32,000 bases of DNA from Pyrobaculum calidifontis JCM 11548 (lineage in GTDB: Archaea > Thermoproteota > Thermoprotei > Thermoproteales > Thermoproteaceae). A program made the translations under genes and the position numbers. This document shows, one piece after another, positions 16,727-24,015 of the stretch (within the stretch, counting starts at the first letter, position 1; each line of letters starts with the position of its first letter). The DNA is taken from NCBI RefSeq assembly GCF_000015805.1, contig NC_009073.1:1860001-1892000 (forward strand), read 5' to 3'. The notes under the pieces are model-generated. The model did no database searches, was not told where the DNA came from, and saw only the letters and a list, made by a program, of their open reading frames with translations.

Positions 16727-18880
16727 ATGCGGAGTACTCTAATAGTGATACTACTGGCGTGGCTGGCCTTAGCCAAAGGCATAGGCGTTGTAATCTACGA
16801 AGTAGAAATAAGCGGTGAGCTTGCAGAAGACATCTATGGGCGAGGCGTCGAAGTAGTGGGCGTCGGACCGCTACCCCTCTTCGTGGCGCCTGCCGGCGAA
16901 GACTATGCGGTTTTTGCGTTCACTGGCAACGTCACCCGCGTCAAATTCTTCAACATGTCTAGAGCCTACGTCGTAGTTCCCCGCGGCCCTCCGCCCGAGA
17001 CGCCGGGCGACTTCTACCTAGAAACTCCCCAAGGAAGGTACCCCCTCCGCTTCCGAAGCGGGGGGCCAGTGCTGGCCATCGTCGACTCGCTGGAGAGCCT
17101 TGAAAAAGTGCTCGCAGAGATGGGCTATGTGCCGCAAAGGGGCGGCAGGGCGAGGCTAGTAGGGGGAAGCCAGCAAGGCCGGCAACCCGAGCCCCTGCCA
17201 GAGCCTCTGGCCGCTTCGGTGGGTAGCACTGTGTACCCACTAGGGGGCGTCTACTTTAGAAATGTCAACGCAAAAGTGGGCGTAGTGGAGGTACAGCCGC
17301 ACGGAGACATCCAAGTTTGTTCGAACGTGAGAAACGTGGCGTATGTGGGGTTAGACGTAAATCAGCTCCTCTTAGGTTACGTCGCAGTGAACGGCACAGT
17401 GCAAGGCAACATAGTTGTACAAATCTACAAGGTCAACTCTGATGGAACATGTAGCAAGATAGGCGAGGAGAAGTACCCCCTCTATGCTGTTAGGTCGATG
17501 TACTACACTGTGGCCGGCGTAAACCCTACCTCGTCGCAAAACACGCAGATAGGCGTGAAAGTAATCTTGAACATTACGTCTGTAAGCGGCTCGCCTGTGG
17601 TGAAGGTGCAGGGAATGGCTGAGTACATTAGAACGGTGCATCACGGCTTTGAGGTGTCCGACTACTCTGTAGAGGTCGCGTGGGGCGACTTCGCCGGTAG
17701 CCGAAGTCCCATATACGTAGGGGCCAGGGTCTCAAGCATTTTGCTAGGCCCCTACATGATGCCTGACGGCGTGTTGCAAGACGGGACAAGATCTCTAAGC
17801 GTTGTAATTGAGGCCGACCCCGTAAACGGAGCTTGCCAGACTCTGTACTGGAGGCTTTACATAAACGGCTACAGCTACGAATACGGCTCGTCCACAGGAG
17901 TCCAGCTCTCGGGAACGTGTAGATACAGCGTGCAAATCTCCGGCGGATTTCCACTGCTTGCGGTTAGACACGCCAAGACTCTGACAGAGGATCTCATGTA
18001 TCAACTGAGGATCTCGTACAACGACGGAAGCGCGCCCTTTGTTAGATACTACTGGCTCAATCCCCACACCCCACTGAGAGGGTCTAGGTGGGCCGAGGTG
18101 TGGAAATCAACGCCGAATAGTCAAGGCAAAATACCTGAAATATGGCAAGAGCCACACCTCCTCACCCAGTTGCAGTTGCTGGGAATGTACGGCGGCTGGG
18201 GCGGCTCCGACGCGACTAGCAAGCTACGGGTACACGGCCTTGTGAGTATTTTTGCAGACAGTCTTTCGCGGGGGCCGGCCATTGTCATGTATGTAACGGG
18301 AAGGGTGCTCCAGCCCTCCGGCGCCACATCGCCCGTGGGCTACTGGGAGGTGCGCCTCAGGTTCCCAATCCCAGTCTCAACTGGGGCCCCTATCTACGCA
18401 GCCTACGTGGGAGATTCGAGGTTTGAAGAGCTTAGCCCGCCTCAGTGGGTGTGGATAGCCAAGATGCTTAAAAAGGCGGTAGACTTCCTAGTGGGAGCCC
18501 TGCAGTTAGACAGGTTCAAGACACTTATACACTCGGTGTTCTCCTACGCCGTGGGCCAGCTCCTAGAGTCGGCAGGCCCCCGCGCCGATGCCGCAAATGT
18601 AGATCCCTACACCTTGAAGCTGTACTACAACGCCGGGTGGGCCAACGACAAGCCGTGGGATACCGTGCTCTACTGGGCCCTCTTTAACTCCGACAAATTT
18701 ACCACATTTACAGTTACATACGTCAAGGTATATCCCATCGAAGCCACGCCAAACATAAACTTAAACCTTAGGCCTTCAAATGCTGAGCGATATTATCCTG
18801 AGGTGGATCACAGTTTTGTAAAACTGTGGGCCTTCAAGAGACTCACCGGGGCCGAGGCGATCTACATATGGCTGAGCTAG
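16727..18880 (+). CDS. large hypothetical secreted/extracellular protein (about 717 aa from ATG 16727; track ORF starts at 16703)
   Basis: Signal-like MRSTLIVILLAWLALAKG, and several N-x-S/T sequons (NVT, NMS, NGT, NIT). I recognise no family. Markedly A/T-richer than the flanks (line 17401-17460 hand count: 24 G+C of 60). Confidence 0.65.
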   Translation: MRSTLIVILLAWLALAKGIGVVIYEVEISGELAEDIYGRGVEVVGVGPLPLFVAPAGEDYAVFAFTGNVTRVKFFNMSRAYVVVPRGPPPETPGDFYLETPQGRYPLRFRSGGPVLAIVDSLESLEKVLAEMGYVPQRGGRARLVGGSQQGRQPEPLPEPLAASVGSTVYPLGGVYFRNVNAKVGVVEVQPHGDIQVCSNVRNVAYVGLDVNQLLLGYVAVNGTVQGNIVVQIYKVNSDGTCSKIGEEKYPLYAVRSMYYTVAGVNPTSSQNTQIGVKVILNITSVSGSPVVKVQGMAEYIRTVHHGFEVSDYSVEVAWGDFAGSRSPIYVGARVSSILLGPYMMPDGVLQDGTRSLSVVIEADPVNGACQTLYWRLYINGYSYEYGSSTGVQLSGTCRYSVQISGGFPLLAVRHAKTLTEDLMYQLRISYNDGSAPFVRYYWLNPHTPLRGSRWAEVWKSTPNSQGKIPEIWQEPHLLTQLQLLGMYGGWGGSDATSKLRVHGLVSIFADSLSRGPAIVMYVTGRVLQPSGATSPVGYWEVRLRFPIPVSTGAPIYAAYVGDSRFEELSPPQWVWIAKMLKKAVDFLVGALQLDRFKTLIHSVFSYAVGQLLESAGPRADAANVDPYTLKLYYNAGWANDKPWDTVLYWALFNSDKFTTFTVTYVKVYPIEATPNINLNLRPSNAERYYPEVDHSFVKLWAFKRLTGAEAIYIWLS

Positions 18881-19401
18881 TCTACAAACTCCTCCTTTTT
18901 TCAGCCATCTGTCTCGCCTCTTTACTCGCCTTCGTAGTCCCTTGGGGGACGCTGGTGCCCTCGCTTTTCGGCCTACTTCTCTTCCTCTGGTCTGCCCTAT
19001 TTGCCTCCTTCTTAGGTGCAAAGGGGCGCCACTACGTCTACCTACTACTTCTCTATACGCCTTTCTTCGCCGCGCCGCTTTACACGGCGGCCATGGCAGT
19101 GTCGCCTCTCTCCTTTCTAGCCGCCGTGATAGCCTTTTTCTACCTGGCGTATAAACGTTTCGGAATACTCCTCGGCGTGGCCTATGTGATTCTAGTGGCC
19201 ATGCTCGGCGGAGTGTATCTCTACCTCATCGACTTAGCAACAGGTGGGCTAGTCGAGAGAGCCACAAAGGAGGGCTTAATGCCAGACGCCATGTGGACTG
19301 TGCCCGCCTTCTTCATACCCGCCGCCGTGGCGACGGTCTTGGCGCACATCTCAGCCGCATTTATCTACAGAGCCGCGGGAATTAAGCCCAGAGAGGAGTG
19401 A
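18868..19401 (+). CDS. hypothetical polytopic membrane protein (177 aa)
   Basis: The internal ATG of the track ORF gives MAELVYKLLLFSAICLASLLAFVV... with 5-6 hydrophobic helices. It overlaps the end of the 725-aa gene by 13 nt, which suggests co-transcription. Confidence 0.6.
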   Translation: MAELVYKLLLFSAICLASLLAFVVPWGTLVPSLFGLLLFLWSALFASFLGAKGRHYVYLLLLYTPFFAAPLYTAAMAVSPLSFLAAVIAFFYLAYKRFGILLGVAYVILVAMLGGVYLYLIDLATGGLVERATKEGLMPDAMWTVPAFFIPAAVATVLAHISAAFIYRAAGIKPREE

Positions 19402-19527
19402 CCTCGTTACAACGTATGTTTAGGGCAAGCTCTTGCAAAAGGAGCCCCGTCTGTTAGCGCCTGCGGGGCATGGGACAGTGCCAGAGTGTCGATAGTTAAC
19501 TTATTTTAGAGTCAAACATTAATCCCC

Positions 19528-19827
19528 ATGGGTGCTGGGGAGGTCGCCGCCGCAGTGGCAACGCTGGCGGTGGGAATTTACTTAATTTTGGCATCTCTAG
19601 GCACAGTGCCCCTGGCCGTGAATTTCCTGCTCGGGCTAGCCGCGGCCACCTTCGGCGTGTCCTACGCCGTAGTAGGTAGGACGAGGGAAGCGGCCTTTTG
19701 GGGAGGGCTCTTGCTAATTGTTGGCGTAGCCCTCATCTACGGCGGCGGTGCGTCGCCCCTCCTCGTAGTCGGCGTAGTGCTGGTCTTCGCCTCGCTGGTT
19801 GCCCTGCTAAGTCTCCTGCGCAAGTAA
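19528..19827 (+). CDS. hypothetical small membrane protein (99 aa, 3-4 TM, Gly/Ala/Leu/Val-rich)
   Basis: Hydrophobic ORF with a TATA-like AACTTATTTTAGAG (19498-19511) about 24 nt upstream of the ATG. Confidence 0.55.
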   Translation: MGAGEVAAAVATLAVGIYLILASLGTVPLAVNFLLGLAAATFGVSYAVVGRTREAAFWGGLLLIVGVALIYGGGASPLLVVGVVLVFASLVALLSLLRK

Positions 19828-19921
19828 ACACACTGGCCACAGCAGACACACAATCCAACTTCAAACGAGTAGTCAAACAGTGGTCAAGTCTTACATAGGG
19901 AGTACTAAGAGGTCCCTGTAG

Positions 19922-20767
19922 CTAGAGTCTCTTTTCTGCCTTGTACTTGCCCACTCTCGCCGCGGCTAAGTTGAGCACGAGCCTGGTCGCCGCTCCCAGG
20001 CTGGCGACGCCTCCGCCCACTGCGCCGAGGGCCGGCGGCAGGCCCACATAAGCCGCCGCCATTGCGCCAAGCGCCGCGGCGCCGGCCACAACGGCCGCGG
20101 CCATCCCCAGCGCCTCCGCGCGGCCTCTCGCCGATATTGGGTACTCCATGTAGAGCACTGTGCCGTCTGTGGCGTCGACCGCCGCACTGTACCTCCTTCC
20201 GCGGTAGTCGTAGGCCAAGCGCCAGATGGGGTAATAGACGAGGCCCTCGAGGCGCCACTCAACGCCTATCTTCACCTTGAAGACCTGGGCGTATGCCCTG
20301 GCCTCTTCCACCACCTCTTGAAGCGAGGTGAAGGCGGCCTCTGGGTCTAGGTCCGGCGAGTGGAAGACTCCGACTCTCTCTAGGGTGGGCTTGAATGGGG
20401 TGCGCCACCTCGCGGGGAATCTAAAGCCCGTCGGGAGGGGGACTGGGGGGCTAGAGGTGGCTAGGGCTGTGGCGTATGTGGCAAGTTGGTCGAGAGGTGG
20501 GAAAGACACGTAGTAGAGGTAGAGGGGGAGGAAGTGTAGCTCTGCCTCCACTGGGGATGCGGCGGGGAGGTCCTCGGGGGCCGCCGTGGGTCTAAAGTTT
20601 AGCACAGCCTTAAACGCCGCGGTCTTGTCCACCGCGGGCTTGAAGATGTAGACGTTTTCATAGGTCTTTCCCTCGCTCAGCGCTGTGCCGCAGTATGGAC
20701 ACACGTAGAATCTGCGCCCGGGCGGCGCCTCGTACTTAGCGCCGCAGAAGGGGCACTGGATAATCAC
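19922..20767 (-). CDS. zinc-ribbon protein with C-terminal Gly/Ala-rich membrane anchor (paralog B, 281 aa)
   Basis: The GTG start overlaps the upstream stop (GTGA). The N-terminus (M/V)IIQCPFCGAKYEAPPGRRFYVCPYCG is a CxxC-x17-CxxC ribbon. It shares the motifs LHFLPLYLYYV and YYPIWRLAYDYRGRRYSAAVDATDGTVLYMEYP with the upstream gene. The C-terminal ~60 aa are G/A-rich hydrophobic. The upstream part of the 372-aa track ORF overlaps the previous gene and is R/G-rich. Confidence 0.7.
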   Translation of the reverse strand: MIIQCPFCGAKYEAPPGRRFYVCPYCGTALSEGKTYENVYIFKPAVDKTAAFKAVLNFRPTAAPEDLPAASPVEAELHFLPLYLYYVSFPPLDQLATYATALATSSPPVPLPTGFRFPARWRTPFKPTLERVGVFHSPDLDPEAAFTSLQEVVEEARAYAQVFKVKIGVEWRLEGLVYYPIWRLAYDYRGRRYSAAVDATDGTVLYMEYPISARGRAEALGMAAAVVAGAAALGAMAAAYVGLPPALGAVGGGVASLGAATRLVLNLAAARVGKYKAEKRL

Positions 20768-21783
20768 GTCTCTACCCTCCTGCTCTTCAAAAGGCCCCCA
20801 GCCGCGAGGTACGCAGCGGCCGCGCCGCCGACCAGCGCCGCGGCTCCAAACAGTGGGTCTGCCGCAACTGCTACCGCCGCGCCCAGTCCCCCGAGTAGGC
20901 CGGCCGCCGCGGCGGCGCCCACGACGCTTATCGCCCTGTTTTCCACGAAGGAGGGCTCCTCGGCCACTACCACGGCGCCGTCCCACCCGGCGGAGTAGTA
21001 GCTGTAGTGAGACCCCTTGTAGAAGTACGGCACAATCCACATGGGCAAGTAGGTGAGCGGCGACACGGCGAGCTTCTCCACTGTGTAGTCCACGGCCTTG
21101 TCCACCACGCTCGTGGCGGCGGCGATGACGCCCAGCATAGCCCTGGCTCTCTCAGAGGCGTCGCTGTCCACGGCGGCCAAGAGCTTGGGGACGAGGGCGC
21201 GCACCGCCTTGGCCTTGGCCTGCTCCTCTGTAAACTCGCCCGCAAGAAAGGCGGAGGCAGTGGCGGCCTCCTTCGCCACCTCGGGCAGAGGCTTGGGCTC
21301 CGGCGCAGTCTTGAAGAAGTGGTCCACTAGCTTGTCCACGGAGAGGCCCCATGCAGACCTCCTCGCAAGCACGGCCACCACGTCGCTAAGCCGCACGGCG
21401 CCCTCCACGTCGACGGTCCTAGTCACCACCCGCGTCTGAGGCCTCCCTCCTACGTACACCGTCTTGGTGTAGGTCACGACTACGCGCGCTTTGTACACTG
21501 CGGACATTGCCACGTCCACTAGGTAGAAGGGCAGGTAGAGGAGCGTGGGGGCGGCGAAGTTTATGTCCCGCATCCGCCTGCCGAGGTTGAAGTCCCTCTT
21601 CGTCCTCTCCACGGCGCGTCTAATGACCTCGGAGGCCGAGAGCGTGGGCACGGCCAGCGCCCTCCCGGCGGAGCCGTCAAGAAAGTTGGGCTGGCCGCAG
21701 TACCTACACACGACTACCACCGAGTCAGGCGTCACGTCAAGCGGCGCGCCGCAGTACCGGCACCGCAACTCCACATACCCCAC
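20764..21783 (-). CDS. zinc-ribbon protein with C-terminal Gly/Ala-rich membrane anchor (paralog A, 339 aa)
   Basis: N-terminal CRYCGAPLDVTPDSVVVVCRYCG ribbon, LLYLPFYLVDV and TYLPMWIVPYFYKGSHYSYYSAGWDGAVVVAEEP motifs, and G/A-rich C-terminal TM segments. A TATA (GATATAAAAAATT, 21801-21813) lies about 23 nt upstream of the GTG start. Confidence 0.7.
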   Translation of the reverse strand: MGYVELRCRYCGAPLDVTPDSVVVVCRYCGQPNFLDGSAGRALAVPTLSASEVIRRAVERTKRDFNLGRRMRDINFAAPTLLYLPFYLVDVAMSAVYKARVVVTYTKTVYVGGRPQTRVVTRTVDVEGAVRLSDVVAVLARRSAWGLSVDKLVDHFFKTAPEPKPLPEVAKEAATASAFLAGEFTEEQAKAKAVRALVPKLLAAVDSDASERARAMLGVIAAATSVVDKAVDYTVEKLAVSPLTYLPMWIVPYFYKGSHYSYYSAGWDGAVVVAEEPSFVENRAISVVGAAAAAGLLGGLGAAVAVAADPLFGAAALVGGAAAAYLAAGGLLKSRRVET

Positions 21784-21822
21784 GGAGGCCCAGTGGCTGA
21801 GATATAAAAAATTGGGCCGCCG

Positions 21823-22014
21823 TTATGTGTCTCGGCGCGGGCCCCCTGCCTTAAGCAACCTCTCCGCCCGCTTTCGGACTAACTCCCGCCAGGCAAGCTT
21901 GGCTTCCTCAAACCTATCCCACACGGCGGCCATCCTCCTCCTAAGCTCCTCCACCCTCTCCAACGTCTCTTCAACCTCCACGTCAGAGACGTTCTCTTCT
22001 GCCTCCACAGCCAA
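21823..22014 (-). CDS. small acidic/basic coiled-coil protein (about 61-63 aa)
   Basis: ..EETLERVEELRRRMAAVWDRFEEAKLAWRELVRKRAERLL.. It is heptad-like, on the same strand and immediately upstream of the zinc-ribbon pair. A TATA-like AATTTAA lies at about 22029-22035. Starts with TTG 22014 or GTG 22008. Confidence 0.4.
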   Translation of the reverse strand: MAVEAEENVSDVEVEETLERVEELRRRMAAVWDRFEEAKLAWRELVRKRAERLLKAGGPRRDT

Positions 22015-22110
22015 GCCGCCGCCCCGGGTTAAATTCTTTTTCGACTACAGCGGGCACCCTGCTGGCGGTCCACTGCGGAAATGCTTAATAACTACAAACC
22101 CTACGCCTAT

Positions 22111-22467
22111 ATGCGCGTCGTTGTTCCCCTAGATGAGAATAGGGGGTGGGACTCCAAGATATCGGACGAGTTCGGCCACGCCCCCTACTTCGCCCTCGTA
22201 GATGGAGACAGTTTGACAATAGTAGAGGGGCCGAAGGTGATAACTGGGAGAGGGCCTAGGTGGGCCGAGCTGTACACTAAGCTGAAGCCCGATGTAGTGA
22301 TCACAAAGGAGATCGGGAAGCCAGCGTACGCCGCCTTTAGGCAAAAGGGCGTCACCGTGTACTACGCAGACGCCAAGACGCTGAGAGAAGCCGTGGAGAA
22401 GTGGAAGAGAGGCGAGCTAAGAGAGTTCCCCGAAGAGCTAGCCCACGAGCCCCACCACGAACACTAA
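22111..22467 (+). CDS. NifB/NifX-family (dinitrogenase FeMo-cofactor biosynthesis-like) domain protein
   Basis: MRVVVPLDE....ISDEFGHAPYFALVD...KPDVVITKEIGKPAYAAFRQKGVTVY fits the NifX/NifB C-terminal domain pattern. It has a His-rich tail (HEPHHEH). The track ORF starts at 22081, but TATA spacing favours ATG 22111. Confidence 0.75.
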   Translation: MRVVVPLDENRGWDSKISDEFGHAPYFALVDGDSLTIVEGPKVITGRGPRWAELYTKLKPDVVITKEIGKPAYAAFRQKGVTVYYADAKTLREAVEKWKRGELREFPEELAHEPHHEH

Positions 22468-23216
22468 TACGGGCTAGCCTGCTCCATCACAATCTCACTG
22501 GGCAGTACTCTCGCACATTGCACACCCCTTGACCAGCGGCAGTCCACTGTGGCCAAAGCCGCCTGGTCCTCTCGGAGTCCACCAACCCCTTAATCATCTG
22601 TTCTCACTCCAGCCCCCCACCCCCCGGCCACGTCAAGGCTCAGCTTGACGATGTCGGCCAGGGGGTTCTCCTCGCCACGGCGGAACATTGCTCAAAACAG
22701 CCCTCTAATCTCGTCCAAGTAGCCCCCGTGAAGATCGACGTGCCGCTGTCCTTATTGGCCGCCTCCACTTTCTTCAACTCCACCTCTAAGTCAGCCGCTA
22801 CGACCGAGACAGGCGGAAGTACATACTTGCTCTACCGCAACGGCGGAAGATTTGTAATTGGGAAAGAGGAGGCCGCTAGCCTCAGCGAAGTTATATACGG
22901 CCTCGGCAGTGCGGCACAAGAAAACTGACCTATAGACGCTCAAGAGCTAAGCCGACGCGGAGCCGTGGCGAAGTTTCCCCAGCAATGTGGAAAAAGACAA
23001 AAGAGGCGAGGCCTGTGATGTCCACAGGTGATGTGGAAACCACCAAGCGTGTATTTGAGTAGCCAAAATGGCGAGAATTGTCGCGGCGGCAGATCATGGG
23101 CGCGTAGCATTAGGATAAGCCCATACGACAAGTCCAAGGTAGAGGAAATAGCAGATGAGAGCCGTAAGATGAGTGCCCTACTGCCAAAGTACGAAATAGG
23201 AAGAGGCGGAGAAGAG

Positions 23217-23328
23217 TGGTGGGCCGTAGGGGACTCTCAGGGGGTTCCCCCTTTTGAACCCCTGGCTTCCGCGCCGGCGGCTCTACGGGTCTGGAGCCCG
23301 CCGCTCTGCCTGGCTGAGCTAACGGCCC
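23217..23328 (-). tRNA. tRNA-Trp (anticodon CCA) with two putative non-canonical introns; CCA encoded
   Basis: The minus strand reads GGGCCGT TA GCTC AGCCAGGCA GAGC G GCGGG CTCCAGA CCCGT [21 nt = variable loop + ~16-nt insert] AGGGG TTCAAA[~19-nt insert containing GGGGGAACCCCC]T CCCCT ACGGCCC A CCA. The acceptor, D, anticodon and T stems all pair. The 112 nt split into about 74 mature, about 35 inserted and 3 for CCA. Confidence 0.8.
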
Positions 23329-23349
23329 GTACGTGCTATCTTTTTCTGC

Positions 23350-23360
23350 TTAAAAGTTTA
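23350..23360 (-). promoter_or_regulatory. TATA box (AAACTTTTAAG) of tRNA-Trp
   Basis: Centred about 27 nt upstream of the tRNA 5' end (23328), in the 48-nt gap after the SWIM gene stop. Confidence 0.55.
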
Positions 23361-23376
23361 ACTGCCCTATTCGGCG

Positions 23377-24015
23377 CTATGGCGCATCTCCGCGTTGGGC
23401 GTCTTGGAGGAGCGCCTTGGCTACCTTATAGCTTACTTTGACTCCCTGGAGCTTTACGGGGGCGTTGTCACATAGGATTTCCACCTCTGGCTCCGCCGAC
23501 ACGACGTAGACGGCGAATCTGCGCCTTTTCCCACAGTCGAGGATTGTGTCAGACTGCTCCAATGGCACAACGCGGTGCTCCAGCGCCCCCCTCACCTTTA
23601 CGTCTACGCACTCCACCTCCGCCGAGGCGAAGTAGACGGGGCGGTTTTCCACTGCCTCAACCGCCCTCTTGAAGCGGCGGTAGAGGAGGACGGAGGCCAC
23701 GTGTGTGCAAATGCCCCTCCGCCTCCTCCAGCCGAATGTGGAGTAGTAGCAAGTACACTCCCACCGCCCCTCCCTCGCGCTCCACCACACTTGGTAGAGC
23801 GGCTTCCAGTCTCCCAGCTCCCTCACCCCCTCCACGACGTAGAGGCCCTCCCTCACCTCGCGCACGTGGGGCAGTCTGAAGAGGGCCCTCTTGACCCACG
23901 ACCGGCTCTTTCCGGGGAAATCCCGCCTAAGCCTGTCGAGGGCGATGCGGAGGGGGTCGCCGTTGGGGCGTCTATTTTTGCCTGTGGTATAGCCTATGCG
24001 GCGGTTTCGAGGCAT
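23377..24015 (-). CDS. SWIM zinc-finger domain protein
   Basis: 212 aa. CTCYYSTFGWRRRRGICTH fits the SWIM CxC-x(n)-CxH signature. Its ATG overlaps the nuclease stop by 1 nt (TAATG). Confidence 0.7.
   Translation of the reverse strand: MPRNRRIGYTTGKNRRPNGDPLRIALDRLRRDFPGKSRSWVKRALFRLPHVREVREGLYVVEGVRELGDWKPLYQVWWSAREGRWECTCYYSTFGWRRRRGICTHVASVLLYRRFKRAVEAVENRPVYFASAEVECVDVKVRGALEHRVVPLEQSDTILDCGKRRRFAVYVVSAEPEVEILCDNAPVKLQGVKVSYKVAKALLQDAQRGDAP

Noticed and set aside
19402-19470. Hairpin GCCCCG-(14 nt)-CGGGGC after the 18868-19401 gene as a possible terminator
   Set aside because: No adjacent oligo-T tract is present, and intrinsic hairpin terminators are not the established archaeal mechanism. 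Not reported as a feature.
19966-21439. Multiple R/P/G-rich ORFs (for example 19905-20258, 19966-20262, 20853-21056, 20967-21245, 21007-21330, 21098-21439) and the N-terminal 90 codons of ORF 19922-21040
   Set aside because: They are shadows of the two zinc-ribbon/TM genes. The 19922 gene most plausibly begins at the GTG at 20767, which overlaps the upstream stop. Upstream of that point the translation is an R/G-rich out-of-context sequence overlapping paralog A.
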